Positions 40,961 through 51,911 of a stretch of DNA of 64,000 nucleotides are shown here, piece after piece. The notes under the pieces are model-generated. The model had not been told where the DNA came from. It ran no database searches and worked only from the letters and a program-made list of their open reading frames with translations. Within the stretch, counting starts at the first letter, position 1. Each line of letters starts with the position of its first letter. Source of the stretch: a virus (lineage: Duplodnaviria > Heunggongvirae > Uroviricota > Caudoviricetes); the IMG/VR virus record IMGVR_UViG_3300028805_000044. One strand, given 5' to 3'. The position numbers were made by a program, and so were the translations under genes.

Positions 40961-43214
40961 TCAAACAACATTCTTTTCCAAGTTTCCTAGAGTTAGTGTT
41001 AAAGAGTCTCTTGATATTATAGAGACTTGGGCTAGTGTGCAGTTTGACTCTGAAACTCTCGGAAAAGATGCACACGTTGGAAAACCTTTATCTGCTCAGT
41101 TTGGTGCTCCAGACAAGAGTGTACAATTTGTTGTTGACTGGACTACTGTTGATATAAGACTTTATAAAGATGTACTGGAAAATAAATTAATTGTAGGTCA
41201 GAATTTAAAGTTTGATTTACAATGGTTATTTAACTATGGTATAGTTCCTTTAAAAGTCTATGATACTATGATAGCAGAGCAACTTATATATTTAGGATTT
41301 CCTCCAGCTGGTAAGCCAGGAGGAATTTCCTATGCTCTTAATGAGATTGCTATGCGTTATCTTGGTAAGTATATTGATAAGACTGTCCGAGGACAAATTC
41401 AGTATAAAGGTCTTGATGATGATGTGATTGAGTATGCAGCTAATGATGTTGTAGACTTAGTAGATATAGCTAAGAAGCAAATTGAAATTTGTAAGAAACG
41501 TAATTGTATGCGTGCCTTACAGATTGAGATGGACTTCGTTCCAGTTATTGCTTATCTAGAATGGTGTGGAATCAAGCTAGATATTAATAAGTGGAAGGCT
41601 AAAATGACTAAAGATGAAAACAATAGAAGAGAAAGACTTGAAAAATTGAATGATTTCCTTATTAAATGGTATAGAGATAGAAATGGTAAGGACAATATGG
41701 TAGGAGTTCCATATGTAATATCCTCCTTTATAAAGAGTAATATACAAGAGCCTCCTTCATCTGCTAAGCCTATGTCTCGTCCATATAAAAAGGAAGGAAA
41801 TGTAGACGACTTGTTCCAAGACTTTTCTATTCCATTCTATATTACGAATAAGAGTGGAAAGATAATTCCCTTTATAAAGATAGACTTACAAGGGGACTTA
41901 TTCTCTGGATTTAATACCGATCCTCAGTGTGTTCTTAACTGGGATAGTTCTGATCAAGTTATTTATTTCTGTCAGTTACTTGGTTTTAATACTAAAGTAG
42001 AAGACAAAGCTACAGGAGAAGATAAAGATTCTGTAGTGGAAAAAGCACTTAAAGTTCAAAAAGGAATTAATGATGAATTCTTAAAGTTGTATTTCGATTA
42101 TAAGGAAGCATCTAAAGTTTGTAGTACTTATGGACAGACGTATCTTAACGCTATTAATCCTAATACTGGCAGAATACATACTAACTTTAAGCAACTTGGT
42201 GCATCTTCTGGTAGAATGGCTTGTGGTAGTAAACAAAATAATGATGATCTCGCTAAGTTAAAACATACAGAACTTTCTAAACTTCCAGCTAAACTAAGGA
42301 AATGTGGTTATCCACAATTGCAGAATTTGCCGGCAGACCATGATACTAGAGGTGCATTTGTTCCTGAGAAAGGAAATATAATGTGTTCTTGTGATTATTC
42401 TGCTCTAGAAAGTAGGCTTGGTGCCGATATTTATAACGAACAATCAATGATTGATGAGTATTTATATGGCACTGGAGATATTCATAGTCTTACTGCTAAA
42501 CATTGTTTTCCTGTAGAACTTGCAGGTATAGAGGTTAAAGATATTAAAGAGAAGAGACCTGATTTAAGAAGTCGTGCTAAACCTGTAGAGTTTAGTCAAC
42601 AATTTGGAGGAAGTGCTAAAGCAATACAAAATGCTCTTGCCTGTACTAAAGAAGAAGCAGAAGCGATTGCTAAGGCATATAATGAAGGTTTCGCTGGTAT
42701 TGCTCGTTTTAAAGAAATAGGTTTCAAGAAAGTATGTCAAACTGGTTATGTACTGATTTGTCAGTATACTGGACATAGAACCTATATGCCAGATTGGAAA
42801 GAGTGGAGAGAAGCTATGGATGATGAAAATTTTTGGACAAGGTATGATTATCTACATGACACTATGCCTTATAAAGAGTTTATTCATACATATGAATATC
42901 ATAAAGCTTCTGAACTTCGTAAAACTTCTTCTAAGTGGTCTAGACTAGCTCTTAATTCTCCAACTCAAGGTAGTGGTATTATAATTCTTAAGTATGCTAT
43001 GGCTAAGTTCTTTAAATGGATAGTAGAGAATAAATTATTCGGAATAGTAAAGATTTGTGATTTAGTTCATGATGAGGCTGTTATAGAATATCCAGAAACA
43101 ATGCCAGAGGTGTCTACAATACTTAAAAAGTTTATGGAAGAAGCATCTGCTAAATTCTGTAAGAAATTACCCATACCAGCAGTACCTGAGTGTGGTGACC
43201 ATTGGATTCATTGA
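40941..43214 (+). CDS. family A DNA polymerase with 3'-5' exonuclease domain
   Basis: Exo I FDSET, motif A CDYSALESRL, motif C LVHDEAVIEY. Confidence 0.8.
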   Translation: MIYVITNQTTFFSKFPRVSVKESLDIIETWASVQFDSETLGKDAHVGKPLSAQFGAPDKSVQFVVDWTTVDIRLYKDVLENKLIVGQNLKFDLQWLFNYGIVPLKVYDTMIAEQLIYLGFPPAGKPGGISYALNEIAMRYLGKYIDKTVRGQIQYKGLDDDVIEYAANDVVDLVDIAKKQIEICKKRNCMRALQIEMDFVPVIAYLEWCGIKLDINKWKAKMTKDENNRRERLEKLNDFLIKWYRDRNGKDNMVGVPYVISSFIKSNIQEPPSSAKPMSRPYKKEGNVDDLFQDFSIPFYITNKSGKIIPFIKIDLQGDLFSGFNTDPQCVLNWDSSDQVIYFCQLLGFNTKVEDKATGEDKDSVVEKALKVQKGINDEFLKLYFDYKEASKVCSTYGQTYLNAINPNTGRIHTNFKQLGASSGRMACGSKQNNDDLAKLKHTELSKLPAKLRKCGYPQLQNLPADHDTRGAFVPEKGNIMCSCDYSALESRLGADIYNEQSMIDEYLYGTGDIHSLTAKHCFPVELAGIEVKDIKEKRPDLRSRAKPVEFSQQFGGSAKAIQNALACTKEEAEAIAKAYNEGFAGIARFKEIGFKKVCQTGYVLICQYTGHRTYMPDWKEWREAMDDENFWTRYDYLHDTMPYKEFIHTYEYHKASELRKTSSKWSRLALNSPTQGSGIIILKYAMAKFFKWIVENKLFGIVKICDLVHDEAVIEYPETMPEVSTILKKFMEEASAKFCKKLPIPAVPECGDHWIH

Positions 43215-43286
43215 TTATGAATATAATAGTTTTATGTATAATTGGCTTCTTTATAGGAGCCATTTTAGGTTCTAATTCTTAAAATT

Positions 43287-43880
43287 ATGAATAAAAGATG
43301 TAGATTATTACTAACAACTAAGTGTCCAAATGATTGTCCACTATGTTGTAACAAACAGTTCAATCTTATGAACGATGTTCCAGTTATAGATCGTTGGGAT
43401 TATGACGAATTCATTTTAACTGGAGGTGAACCTTTATTCCCAAATGCTGAAAAACTCTGTGAATTCTTAGACATATTTAAGAAATTCCAGAGTTTAATGG
43501 GAAGAAATCCTCTTATCTATTTATATACTTCGATTTGTCATCCTCAAAGATGGAATGATATTATCTGTACTTTAGATGGAATAACGTATACTGTACATAC
43601 ACAGGATAATGCAAGAGAATTAATCCAACTTTTACATGTAGTTAAGAACGTAAATAATGGATATGATCAAATATTCCCTAATTTATCTTGTTTTCCATCT
43701 AAATCATTATGGTTAAATCTGTTTCCTGAAGGTAAAACTTTTATAGAATCAGAACTTGCCAAATCTCCATATAAATGGGATGATATTTCTAGTATATTTA
43801 GAATAAAACAAATGGAATGGAAAGAGAATTGTCCAGTTCCAGAGGGTGAAGATTTTAGACGTATCAATAATCTTTGGTAA
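43287..43880 (+). CDS. radical SAM domain protein (second small activase/QueE-like)
   Basis: CPNDCPLC (Cx3Cx2C) and TGGEPL SAM-binding motif. Confidence 0.5.
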   Translation: MNKRCRLLLTTKCPNDCPLCCNKQFNLMNDVPVIDRWDYDEFILTGGEPLFPNAEKLCEFLDIFKKFQSLMGRNPLIYLYTSICHPQRWNDIICTLDGITYTVHTQDNARELIQLLHVVKNVNNGYDQIFPNLSCFPSKSLWLNLFPEGKTFIESELAKSPYKWDDISSIFRIKQMEWKENCPVPEGEDFRRINNLW

Positions 43881-44448
43881 TATGTGGGTAACAACTGATA
43901 CTTACGGTGATAAACTTATCTGGGAGAAGAAGCCTGAAAGAGCTAAGAATGGAAAAGAATGGATAAATGGTGGTGCAGTCGGTAGGTTGGGAGAATTCCC
44001 ACTTACCGATATCCCATCTTTTATTCAAGCTCAAGAATGGAAAGACGTTCCTATTCAAGTTAAATTTGAAATTAAGAAGAAATGACAGTACAGATTATTG
44101 TTAGTAAAGATTTAGATTTTGATCAAGAAGAACTTGCTCGATATCTAAATAATGGAATTTTAGATTATGCTACCAGAGATAATTGGATTATAGATAATAT
44201 TAGTTTTATAAAATGAATATTTTATTAGCAATATTAGGTATATGGTGTGTATTAGGCCTTATAGTCTTTGCTTGGAGTATTTATAAAGCACCTCTAGTGA
44301 AAATGAAAACTTATTATTTTAGACTTTTTCAATGTGGTGATGAAGATGGAGATACTATCTTCGTAACAGCAGCATCTTGGCCACAAGCTGAAGAAATGGT
44401 ATACCAAGATTATCACTCTATTGATAGACTTGATCGTTTATATTGTAA

Positions 44449-45423
44449 ATGAAATTTATTGAACCTTCTGTAGAAATCATCCAGCAAGAACCTGGAATTG
44501 ACGGAATGATGAAGATGATAGAAATGGCTGGACGTACAGCATATAAATCAGAAGATCATATAACAGAAGATTCAGCAAAGAAATTTGTAAAGATGCTTAA
44601 GAATAGAAATCATGGTGCTGCATTAGAGCATGGTACTTGCTATCTTGCTATTCCACGTGAAGTTTGGAATGAAATTGTAGATAATCATGATTTTAACTTT
44701 ATGGATTGTCCATATCAATGGTATGGCTTCGATTATAGAGGAGGAATTGATGGACAAGACCATATTTATCTTACTACCAACTATAGAGTTCTTGTAGAAC
44801 ATAGATATGAACAACTCCTAGATTACATGGTAACTCCTACTGAAGATGAGTTCCAAAGTAATGACTCTTATCAACATTTTCATCGTCGTATTACTGTAAA
44901 GTTTATTTGCGACAGGGGAGTAAGCCACGAATTCTGCCGTCATCGCGTTTTCAGTTTCCTTATGGAATCGACACGCTATTGTAATTATGGTAAGGACAAG
45001 TTTGGTAATCAAATTACCTTTATAATTCCAAGATGGATTCATGATATTCAAGAGAATATAGCATCAACAATTGAACCTACTACTGGTTTTACAAGGGAAT
45101 ATTTTAGAGACTATGAAACTAATGTTCTAATGGTTAATCTTACTACTGTAGATAGAACAGTTTCTCAATATGTAGATACTCTACAGATTATTGAAGACTG
45201 CTATCTAGATATGTTGACACTTGATGATGGAACTAAACTAATTCCTCAGCAAGCTAGACAAATACTTCCAAATGCTCTTAAGACTGAACTAGTAATGACT
45301 GGTACAATAGAGCAGTGGAAACACTTCTTTGATCTTAGATGTGCTGTTTCTGCACATCCCGATGCAAGATATCTTGCTGTACAATTAAAAGAACAATTCC
45401 TTAATAAGGGTTATCTAAAATAA
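44449..45423 (+). CDS. thyX: flavin-dependent thymidylate synthase
   Basis: ThyX signature RHRVFSFLMES (RHR-x7-S). Confidence 0.85.
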   Translation: MKFIEPSVEIIQQEPGIDGMMKMIEMAGRTAYKSEDHITEDSAKKFVKMLKNRNHGAALEHGTCYLAIPREVWNEIVDNHDFNFMDCPYQWYGFDYRGGIDGQDHIYLTTNYRVLVEHRYEQLLDYMVTPTEDEFQSNDSYQHFHRRITVKFICDRGVSHEFCRHRVFSFLMESTRYCNYGKDKFGNQITFIIPRWIHDIQENIASTIEPTTGFTREYFRDYETNVLMVNLTTVDRTVSQYVDTLQIIEDCYLDMLTLDDGTKLIPQQARQILPNALKTELVMTGTIEQWKHFFDLRCAVSAHPDARYLAVQLKEQFLNKGYLK

Positions 45424-45429
45424 TTATTT

Positions 45430-45666
45430 ATGTTCAAATTTATTCTTAAACTGATTTTTGGCGATTATAATCGTCGTATTGCTAGGTCTATGTCTGCCTT
45501 TACTAAGATTATCGAGAAGTGTCAGAAACTCAATGAGGAAATGCACTCCGATATTCAAAAGAAAAATGAGAAGATTAATGATCTTAATTCACAAATTGGA
45601 GATATAGAGAAAAGTATCTCCAGAAACGAGAAGTTCATTTCTAATGTTCAGAAACTTACGGAGTAA
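45430..45666 (+). CDS. small coiled-coil protein
   Basis: 78-aa ORF. Confidence 0.35.
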   Translation: MFKFILKLIFGDYNRRIARSMSAFTKIIEKCQKLNEEMHSDIQKKNEKINDLNSQIGDIEKSISRNEKFISNVQKLTE

Positions 45667-45948
45667 AACTAAAAAAGCCCTGACGAAAGTTGGGGCTTTA
45701 CTCGAAGCATTTGCAGAAGCTGTAGGAGACTTAGTTGATGATAATTTGGACTTCGATTAAAAGATGGTGGAAGAATCACCGCTGGGTAGATGTAAGAAAT
45801 AATTACATTATTCCTCATAAGAATACAACATTCTGGCTTACCGATTATTCAGTCGAAGAAGAAAGAAAATTTAAGAAAGAACATGCATCTAGATTTTATC
45901 AATATTGTTTCACTCCAGGTCCAATAGGTACCTGTATAAAAATTAAAG

Positions 45949-46287
45949 GTGGGGATGCCGAACAGGACATTACCGATTACGGATCTTGGTAAGAAATGGC
46001 TAGAATACTTTAAAAGTATTGATTGTAAGTATGTAGTCATTAACCTTAAAGATATGGTAGCTGCTCTCACTGAAGAAGAACTTAATGATTTCAATTGGTT
46101 CTTAATGAAGTATAATGATTGGAGAGCAGAAGTAAAATGTAAAGATACAGAAACTCTTGATAGGTATTTCTGTGTAAAGAGAGATGATTTTCCAGTATTT
46201 AAAGATAATGCATTAGGTTTTTGGAAGTGGGTACACGAAGTTTATAATTACGTTTATGGAAACAATGACAAAACAACAGAAGCTTGA
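45949..46287 (+). CDS. hypothetical protein
   Basis: 112-aa ORF. Confidence 0.35.
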   Translation: MGMPNRTLPITDLGKKWLEYFKSIDCKYVVINLKDMVAALTEEELNDFNWFLMKYNDWRAEVKCKDTETLDRYFCVKRDDFPVFKDNALGFWKWVHEVYNYVYGNNDKTTEA

Positions 46288-46498
46288 AGGATTCAAGGGA
46301 ATACTAGAAAACGAAGATTTTAGAAGAATGTGGATGAAAATGCATACTCCTTGGGTACGTAGACATAAAAAAATTGGTCGTAATGAAATATGTCCATTCT
46401 GTGATTCTGGTTTAAAGTATAAACAGTGTGAATGTTATGAAAAACGTTTCAATGGAAAGTATGTATTAGATGAAAAGCATACAAAAGGATGGAAATAA
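46256..46498 (+). CDS. small SEC-C-like zinc-binding protein
   Basis: CPFCDSGLKYKQCEC. Confidence 0.4.
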   Translation: METMTKQQKLEGFKGILENEDFRRMWMKMHTPWVRRHKKIGRNEICPFCDSGLKYKQCECYEKRFNGKYVLDEKHTKGWK

Positions 46499-47094
46499 TT
46501 ACTAAATATGATGTAAATACTCCTATATTCTTCACATCAGATACTCATTTTTGTCATGCTAATATAATTAAGTTTTGTGGACGTCCATTTAAGGATACAG
46601 CTGAAATGAATAATGCTTTAATAGAGAACTGGAATAAAGTAGTAGGTCCAACTGATATAATATATCACCTCGGAGACTTTTGTTTTGCCGGTTCTGTAGA
46701 TTGGCATTCTATTCTTGGACAATTAAATGGAAGAATTCATCTTATATTAGGTAATCATGATGAAAAAAACTTAAGACAAGGATATATGAACTTATTTGAA
46801 AGTGTTAGTTATCAACAACATATAGTTATTGGCCCTGATAATTTTTATTTAAATCATTATCCTTACTTATGTTATCCTGGACATCATTCACATACTTATC
46901 AGTTATTTGGACATATACATAGCAGTCCTTATATATTTGATGGTACTGACGCAGGAAAAGCAAAGAAAATGCTTACTCCAACTCAGTATGATGTAGGAGT
47001 AGATTGGAATAATTTCACTCCAATCAGCTATGATTGTGTAATAAAGAAGTTGCAGAAACAGGTTTATGAAAATAAAAATATGTTTGAGATATAA
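46489..47094 (+). CDS. calcineurin-like metallophosphoesterase
   Basis: Motifs SDTHF, GDF, GNHD. Confidence 0.6.
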   Translation: MEIITKYDVNTPIFFTSDTHFCHANIIKFCGRPFKDTAEMNNALIENWNKVVGPTDIIYHLGDFCFAGSVDWHSILGQLNGRIHLILGNHDEKNLRQGYMNLFESVSYQQHIVIGPDNFYLNHYPYLCYPGHHSHTYQLFGHIHSSPYIFDGTDAGKAKKMLTPTQYDVGVDWNNFTPISYDCVIKKLQKQVYENKNMFEI

Positions 47095-47349
47095 AAATAT
47101 TATGTATTTTGGCAGCAATTCTTATAGTTTCCTCCACAATAGTAAAGTCTGTTATTGAAGAAGATTATGAATATGCTTTACAATTTATCTTAGGAGTAGG
47201 ATTTACTTTATTAATATGGATAACAATATAAACGAAGACTTTAAAAAAGGTTATATGAGAGCTCTTAGAGATGTATTCTCGGTATTAATTGAGAATATGG
47301 ACGATGAAGTTAGAGAAGAATTATTTAAAGAACTTAAAATTCAAAAAGT

Positions 47350-47925
47350 ATGAATAGAACTTTAATTATTGTTGATGGTCAGTATGACTTTATTGAAGGT
47401 GGTAAATTAGCAGTACAAGGAGGTAAACAAGCTCTAGATAATATAGTAGAATACCTGAACTCTGGAGAAATTTCTATGGTAATTACTACTCAAGACTGGC
47501 ATAATGGTAAGCATTGTTCTTTTAAAGAGCAAGGTGGAGATTTCCCAGAGCATTGTGTAGAAGGAACCTATGGAGCAGATCTATATGCACCAATCGTAGA
47601 AGCCATCAAGAAAAATAATATACTTTGGTTCAATCTTAAGAAAGGACAGTATATAGAAGAATTTACTGCTTTTACTCATAAGACGGAGGAGTATGCTCAT
47701 TGGAAAGAATTCGGAACTACTGATGATCATAATCCTTACTTTCAGTTTCACGAAGATGAGATTATTGAAATCTGTGGTTTAGCAGGAGATATTTGTGTAA
47801 TGAATACAGCAATAGCTCTAAAAGAGTTAAAGCCTGTAATCATTTATAATCTTACTGCATCTTTAGATGATGGTAATTTCAGAGCCCTTGCCAGTCAGCA
47901 CGGTATTACTTTGGTGGAGGTATGA
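47350..47925 (+). CDS. pncA: nicotinamidase (isochorismatase family)
   Basis: LIIVDGQYDF, metal site QDWH...H, catalytic Cys CGLAGDICV. Confidence 0.75.
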   Translation: MNRTLIIVDGQYDFIEGGKLAVQGGKQALDNIVEYLNSGEISMVITTQDWHNGKHCSFKEQGGDFPEHCVEGTYGADLYAPIVEAIKKNNILWFNLKKGQYIEEFTAFTHKTEEYAHWKEFGTTDDHNPYFQFHEDEIIEICGLAGDICVMNTAIALKELKPVIIYNLTASLDDGNFRALASQHGITLVEV

Positions 47926-48719
47926 TAAAGAATCCAGTTTTAGGAGCAATCGCAGGGGACATGATAGGTGTTCCCTACGAGTTCCTTCGTCATGGAGTTG
48001 TAGTATCTCCAGAATTTCCTTTATGGTCGGACAATTCCACATTTTCTGACGACTCTGTAATGACTTTAGCTGTAGCTAAATGGTTACTAGAAGACGATAG
48101 TTATTCTGTTCAGAATCTTATAGATTGTATGGTAACTCTTGGGCGTAAATATCGTAACAGGGGTTATGGTGGTAATTTTGGAGCTTGGCTAGATAGTAAA
48201 TATCCTCAACCATACAATTCTTGGGGTAACGGTTCAGCTATGAGGGTTAGTCCTTGTGCTTGTGTTTTAGATTCACTGTCTGGAACTCTTGCCCTTGCTG
48301 AAAAATCTGCATCTGTAAGTCACAATCATCTAGAGGGAATAAAAGGTGCACAATGTGTTGCTGAATATATATGGTATGCACTTAGAAAAGAACGTCCAAT
48401 AATTAGAGGATATGATTATAATCTTGATAGAACTCCGCAGCAAATTAGAGATTCTGGATATACATTTAAAGTAAGTTGTCAAGAATCTGTACCAGAAGCT
48501 ATATGTTGTTTCTTAAATAGTAATTCCTATGAACAAACTATAAGAGAAGCAGTACTTCTAAGAGGTGATACTGATACACAAGCCTGTATGGCTGGCGCTA
48601 TTGCTGCGGCATATTGGGGAATGCCTGAAGATATAGCAGAAGAAGCTAAAAGCAGGCTACCTCAAGATCTATATGTGATTTTATCTAAGTTTAGTAAAAA
48701 GTTTAATTTACCGTTATGA
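47922..48719 (+). CDS. ADP-ribosylglycohydrolase family protein
   Basis: N-terminal GAIAGDMIGVPYEF and C-terminal GDTDTQACMAGAIAAAYWG. Confidence 0.75.
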   Translation: MIKNPVLGAIAGDMIGVPYEFLRHGVVVSPEFPLWSDNSTFSDDSVMTLAVAKWLLEDDSYSVQNLIDCMVTLGRKYRNRGYGGNFGAWLDSKYPQPYNSWGNGSAMRVSPCACVLDSLSGTLALAEKSASVSHNHLEGIKGAQCVAEYIWYALRKERPIIRGYDYNLDRTPQQIRDSGYTFKVSCQESVPEAICCFLNSNSYEQTIREAVLLRGDTDTQACMAGAIAAAYWGMPEDIAEEAKSRLPQDLYVILSKFSKKFNLPL

Positions 48720-49891
48720 TTTTAAGTATTTTAGACACTGATTTATATAAGTTTACTACATCGTATGCTTATATGAAACTATACCCTAATGCAATAGGTA
48801 TGTTTGAATATGTAGACAGGAATAATACTGTTTATGATGAATCTTTCTTAACTTATCTACAAAGTCAAATTGACAAGTTAGATGAAGTTAAATTAACTGA
48901 GCAAGAGTTTATTCAAATATTGTCTAATAAATGGTTAATGCGTTTTATTCCCTTTATATATTGGGAGTGGCTTAAAGGCTTTACATTTAAACCATTAAAG
49001 ATAAATATTTGGCTTGATACTGAAGGACATTTACATATTAGAGTAACTGATTATCTTTATAAAGTAACACTTTATGAAGTGCCTATTCTTTACACTGTTT
49101 CTGAATGTTACTATAAGTTCTTTAATATTAATGCAAATATAAATTTAATGTATAAGAACTTAAAAGAGAAGATAGATTATGCTAACGAAAATAATCTTAT
49201 ATTCTCAGAGTTTGGTACAAGAAGAAGATATTCATCAAATATACATGAGTTAGTAATTCAATATATAAAAGAATATTCTAAGACTTGTGTAGGTACTTCA
49301 AATGTTTACTTTGCTCTTAAGTATAATATGATGCCTTGTGGTACATTTCCACATGAGTGGGTTATGTTCCATGGAGCAATATGGGGATATCAACAAGCAA
49401 ACGAACTTGCAATGCGAGACTGGGTACGCTGTTATGATGGTGACCTAGGAACAGTTCTTGTTGATACTTACACTACAAAGTTCTTTATAAATCAGTTCTC
49501 TCGTAAGTATAGTAAACTGTTTGATGGTCCAAGACTAGATTCAGGAGATGAACGAGAATTAGGAGATTTATTTATTGAACATTATAAATCAATGAATATT
49601 AATCCTATGACTAAAACTCTTGTAATGAGTAATGCTCTTGATTTTCCAAAGTTTAAGACTATTAGAGATTACTTTTTAGGTAGAATAAATGTTGTAGCTG
49701 GTATAGGTACTAATCTTACAAATGACTGTGGAGTAACTCCTCTTAACGAAGTAATGAAACTTATAGAAGTACAACAACATTCCAACGCTCCAAAACTTGC
49801 TTGTATTAAACGTTCAGATGATGTGGGTAAGAGATTAGGAGATCCAGTTCAACAGCAAATACTTGATTGTGTATTAGAAAATGCCGCGTAA
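48716..49891 (+). CDS. pncB: nicotinate phosphoribosyltransferase
   Basis: LDTDLYKFT at the N-terminus, FGTRRR, and about 390 aa. Confidence 0.75.
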   Translation: MILSILDTDLYKFTTSYAYMKLYPNAIGMFEYVDRNNTVYDESFLTYLQSQIDKLDEVKLTEQEFIQILSNKWLMRFIPFIYWEWLKGFTFKPLKINIWLDTEGHLHIRVTDYLYKVTLYEVPILYTVSECYYKFFNINANINLMYKNLKEKIDYANENNLIFSEFGTRRRYSSNIHELVIQYIKEYSKTCVGTSNVYFALKYNMMPCGTFPHEWVMFHGAIWGYQQANELAMRDWVRCYDGDLGTVLVDTYTTKFFINQFSRKYSKLFDGPRLDSGDERELGDLFIEHYKSMNINPMTKTLVMSNALDFPKFKTIRDYFLGRINVVAGIGTNLTNDCGVTPLNEVMKLIEVQQHSNAPKLACIKRSDDVGKRLGDPVQQQILDCVLENAA

Positions 49892-50162
49892 AAAGACGAC
49901 TAAAACGGTGGAGACAAAGGAAAAACTTCCCTTGTTTCCACCTAAACCACGAGAAAAACTAACTTCTGGACAAGAACTTTATTGTTATTACCCTCCTGAT
50001 GATACATATCATAAAAGAGTGTATATAAAGGATGGAAAGGATCCCGATTGGGTAGTAACAAAAGATGAGAAAGGTCAGAATTGGTTAGTAAATATAGAAC
50101 ATTTACATGATACTATTTTAACAAAAGAAGAATATGAAAAATTGGGACAAATGGATAAATGA
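49881..50162 (+). CDS. hypothetical protein
   Basis: 93-aa ORF inside the NAD cluster. Confidence 0.35.
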   Translation: MPRKKTTKTVETKEKLPLFPPKPREKLTSGQELYCYYPPDDTYHKRVYIKDGKDPDWVVTKDEKGQNWLVNIEHLHDTILTKEEYEKLGQMDK

Positions 50163-50967
50163 TGCCGTAGAATCCTTAGAGGGATATATAAAGTACTATA
50201 AATTAAAAAGTGTAGTACTTGGTCTTAGTGGTGGAATAGACAGCACTGTTTCTGCAGTAATATGCCACTTAGCTACTAAAAATACACCCGGTGTTACATT
50301 TATTGGGAGAAGCCTTCCTATTAAAAATGCTGGAGATGATACCTCTATAGCAAAGAAACTTGGAGAGAAACTTTGTGATGATTTTGTAGAAGTTAACATG
50401 CTTCCATTCTATAATAACTTTAGAGAACAATTCTACAATGAAGAAGAGGAATCTAAAGCCTCTGTAATAGCAGACGGTAATATTATGGCTAGACTTCGTA
50501 TGATTTATCTTTATCAACTTGCTAATCATTATAAAGGAATAGTTATTGATACAGATAATGCTACTGAGCATGAACTGGGTTTCTATACTGTACATGGTGA
50601 CGTAGGAGATTATAATGTAGGTATTCGTTACTTATGGAAACATGAAATCTGGGAACTTGCAGAAGTTCTTAAGAATTATGCCCCAGAAGCAGCAGATATT
50701 ATACAAGAATCAATAAATCTACAGCCTACCGACGGAAACACTGGAGGTACTGATATAGACCAGATTGCTCCAAGTGCAACATACGGAGATGTAGATTTTA
50801 TTCTTAACTCTCTTACTGATAGATTTAGTTATAGAAAAGCTATTGATGTGTGTGGTCTAGAATTAGTAGAAAGAATTGATGATAGAGTAGCAGCAAATTA
50901 CTATAAACATTATCTTCCTGTTACATTAAAGACTATGCAAAATTGGTTTAATAAAGAAAATATTTAA
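50134..50967 (+). CDS. nadE: NH3-dependent NAD+ synthetase
   Basis: PP-loop LSGGIDS, about 277 aa. Confidence 0.8.
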   Translation: MKNWDKWINDAVESLEGYIKYYKLKSVVLGLSGGIDSTVSAVICHLATKNTPGVTFIGRSLPIKNAGDDTSIAKKLGEKLCDDFVEVNMLPFYNNFREQFYNEEEESKASVIADGNIMARLRMIYLYQLANHYKGIVIDTDNATEHELGFYTVHGDVGDYNVGIRYLWKHEIWELAEVLKNYAPEAADIIQESINLQPTDGNTGGTDIDQIAPSATYGDVDFILNSLTDRFSYRKAIDVCGLELVERIDDRVAANYYKHYLPVTLKTMQNWFNKENI

Positions 50968-51073
50968 TATGGATGAGATAACTCCATTATAGCGGAAAGA
51001 ATACAATAGAAGTATCTTTTAATTTAGAAGGAGAAGAAATTTCTAAAGACTTTATACATTATCGTATTAAACA

Positions 51074-51598
51074 ATGAAAGTAGCCTTTTATTTAGGGAGT
51101 TTTAATCCTCCACATTATGGACATCTTACTGTTATAAATGATGGACTTCAACAATTTGAGATGGATAAAATAATAGTGGTTCCTGCTATGCATAATCCAA
51201 CTAAACAGGAGAAGCCTGCGCCATTCGATATAAGATGTTCGTGGATGGAAAAACTTAGTGCTCAATTTCAGGGCTATGTAGAAGTGGATAGAATCGAGGA
51301 ATTAATGATTCCTCCTTTCTATTCATATGCTACATTACATGCTCTTCGAACTAAGCATTGTAATGATGAAACATACCTACTTGTTGGAGAAGATTTAGTC
51401 GACGAAATAAATGATTGGATGAATGGAGGACAAATACTAAAAGATTGGGACCTATTAGTTGTGGATAGACCACAAGGAGATTTGTCTTCAAGTTTATATA
51501 GAAAATGTCCTATTTTATTTAATTCTTTTATTCCAGAAATTATTAGAGAAGAAGTTTATTATTATTTTAGTGAACATGGAGAAAATAACACTAACTAA
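51074..51598 (+). CDS. nadD: nicotinate/nicotinamide mononucleotide adenylyltransferase
   Basis: GSFNPPHYGHL nucleotidyltransferase (H/T)xGH motif. Confidence 0.7.
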   Translation: MKVAFYLGSFNPPHYGHLTVINDGLQQFEMDKIIVVPAMHNPTKQEKPAPFDIRCSWMEKLSAQFQGYVEVDRIEELMIPPFYSYATLHALRTKHCNDETYLLVGEDLVDEINDWMNGGQILKDWDLLVVDRPQGDLSSSLYRKCPILFNSFIPEIIREEVYYYFSEHGENNTN

Positions 51599-51911
51599 TT
51601 TATGTAATTATATATATGATTGCATAAACAACAATAAAGGTATTTATAGAAATAGTTATGGAGGATTTTTTCTTATAGGTGAAATATCAGTAATGGCTTG
51701 TAATTATTCTAATTTAAAAGAGATTGTTGTTAAGCCTTATACCTATAATCATAATGTAAGAGAAAAGGATCCAATAATCATTTTAAAAATAACTGAATTC
51801 ACAGAAGAAGAATGGTTAGAGTATCAAAAAGCATTACTTGCCATACAGCGTCATAATGAAGATGTAATAATTAAAGCTATTAAGAAGAATGGAAAAGAAT
51901 TGGAGTTATAA
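51459..51911 (+). CDS. hypothetical protein
   Basis: 150-aa ORF overlapping the nadD 3' end in another frame. Confidence 0.3.
   Translation: MWIDHKEICLQVYIENVLFYLILLFQKLLEKKFIIILVNMEKITLTNLCNYIYDCINNNKGIYRNSYGGFFLIGEISVMACNYSNLKEIVVKPYTYNHNVREKDPIIILKITEFTEEEWLEYQKALLAIQRHNEDVIIKAIKKNGKELEL

Noticed and set aside
45670-45700. Hairpin AAAGCCC-(12 nt)-GGGCTTT after ORF 45430..45666
   Set aside because: No U-tract follows on the plus strand; the U-rich tail is on the minus strand. It may block antisense transcription, but the evidence is weak.
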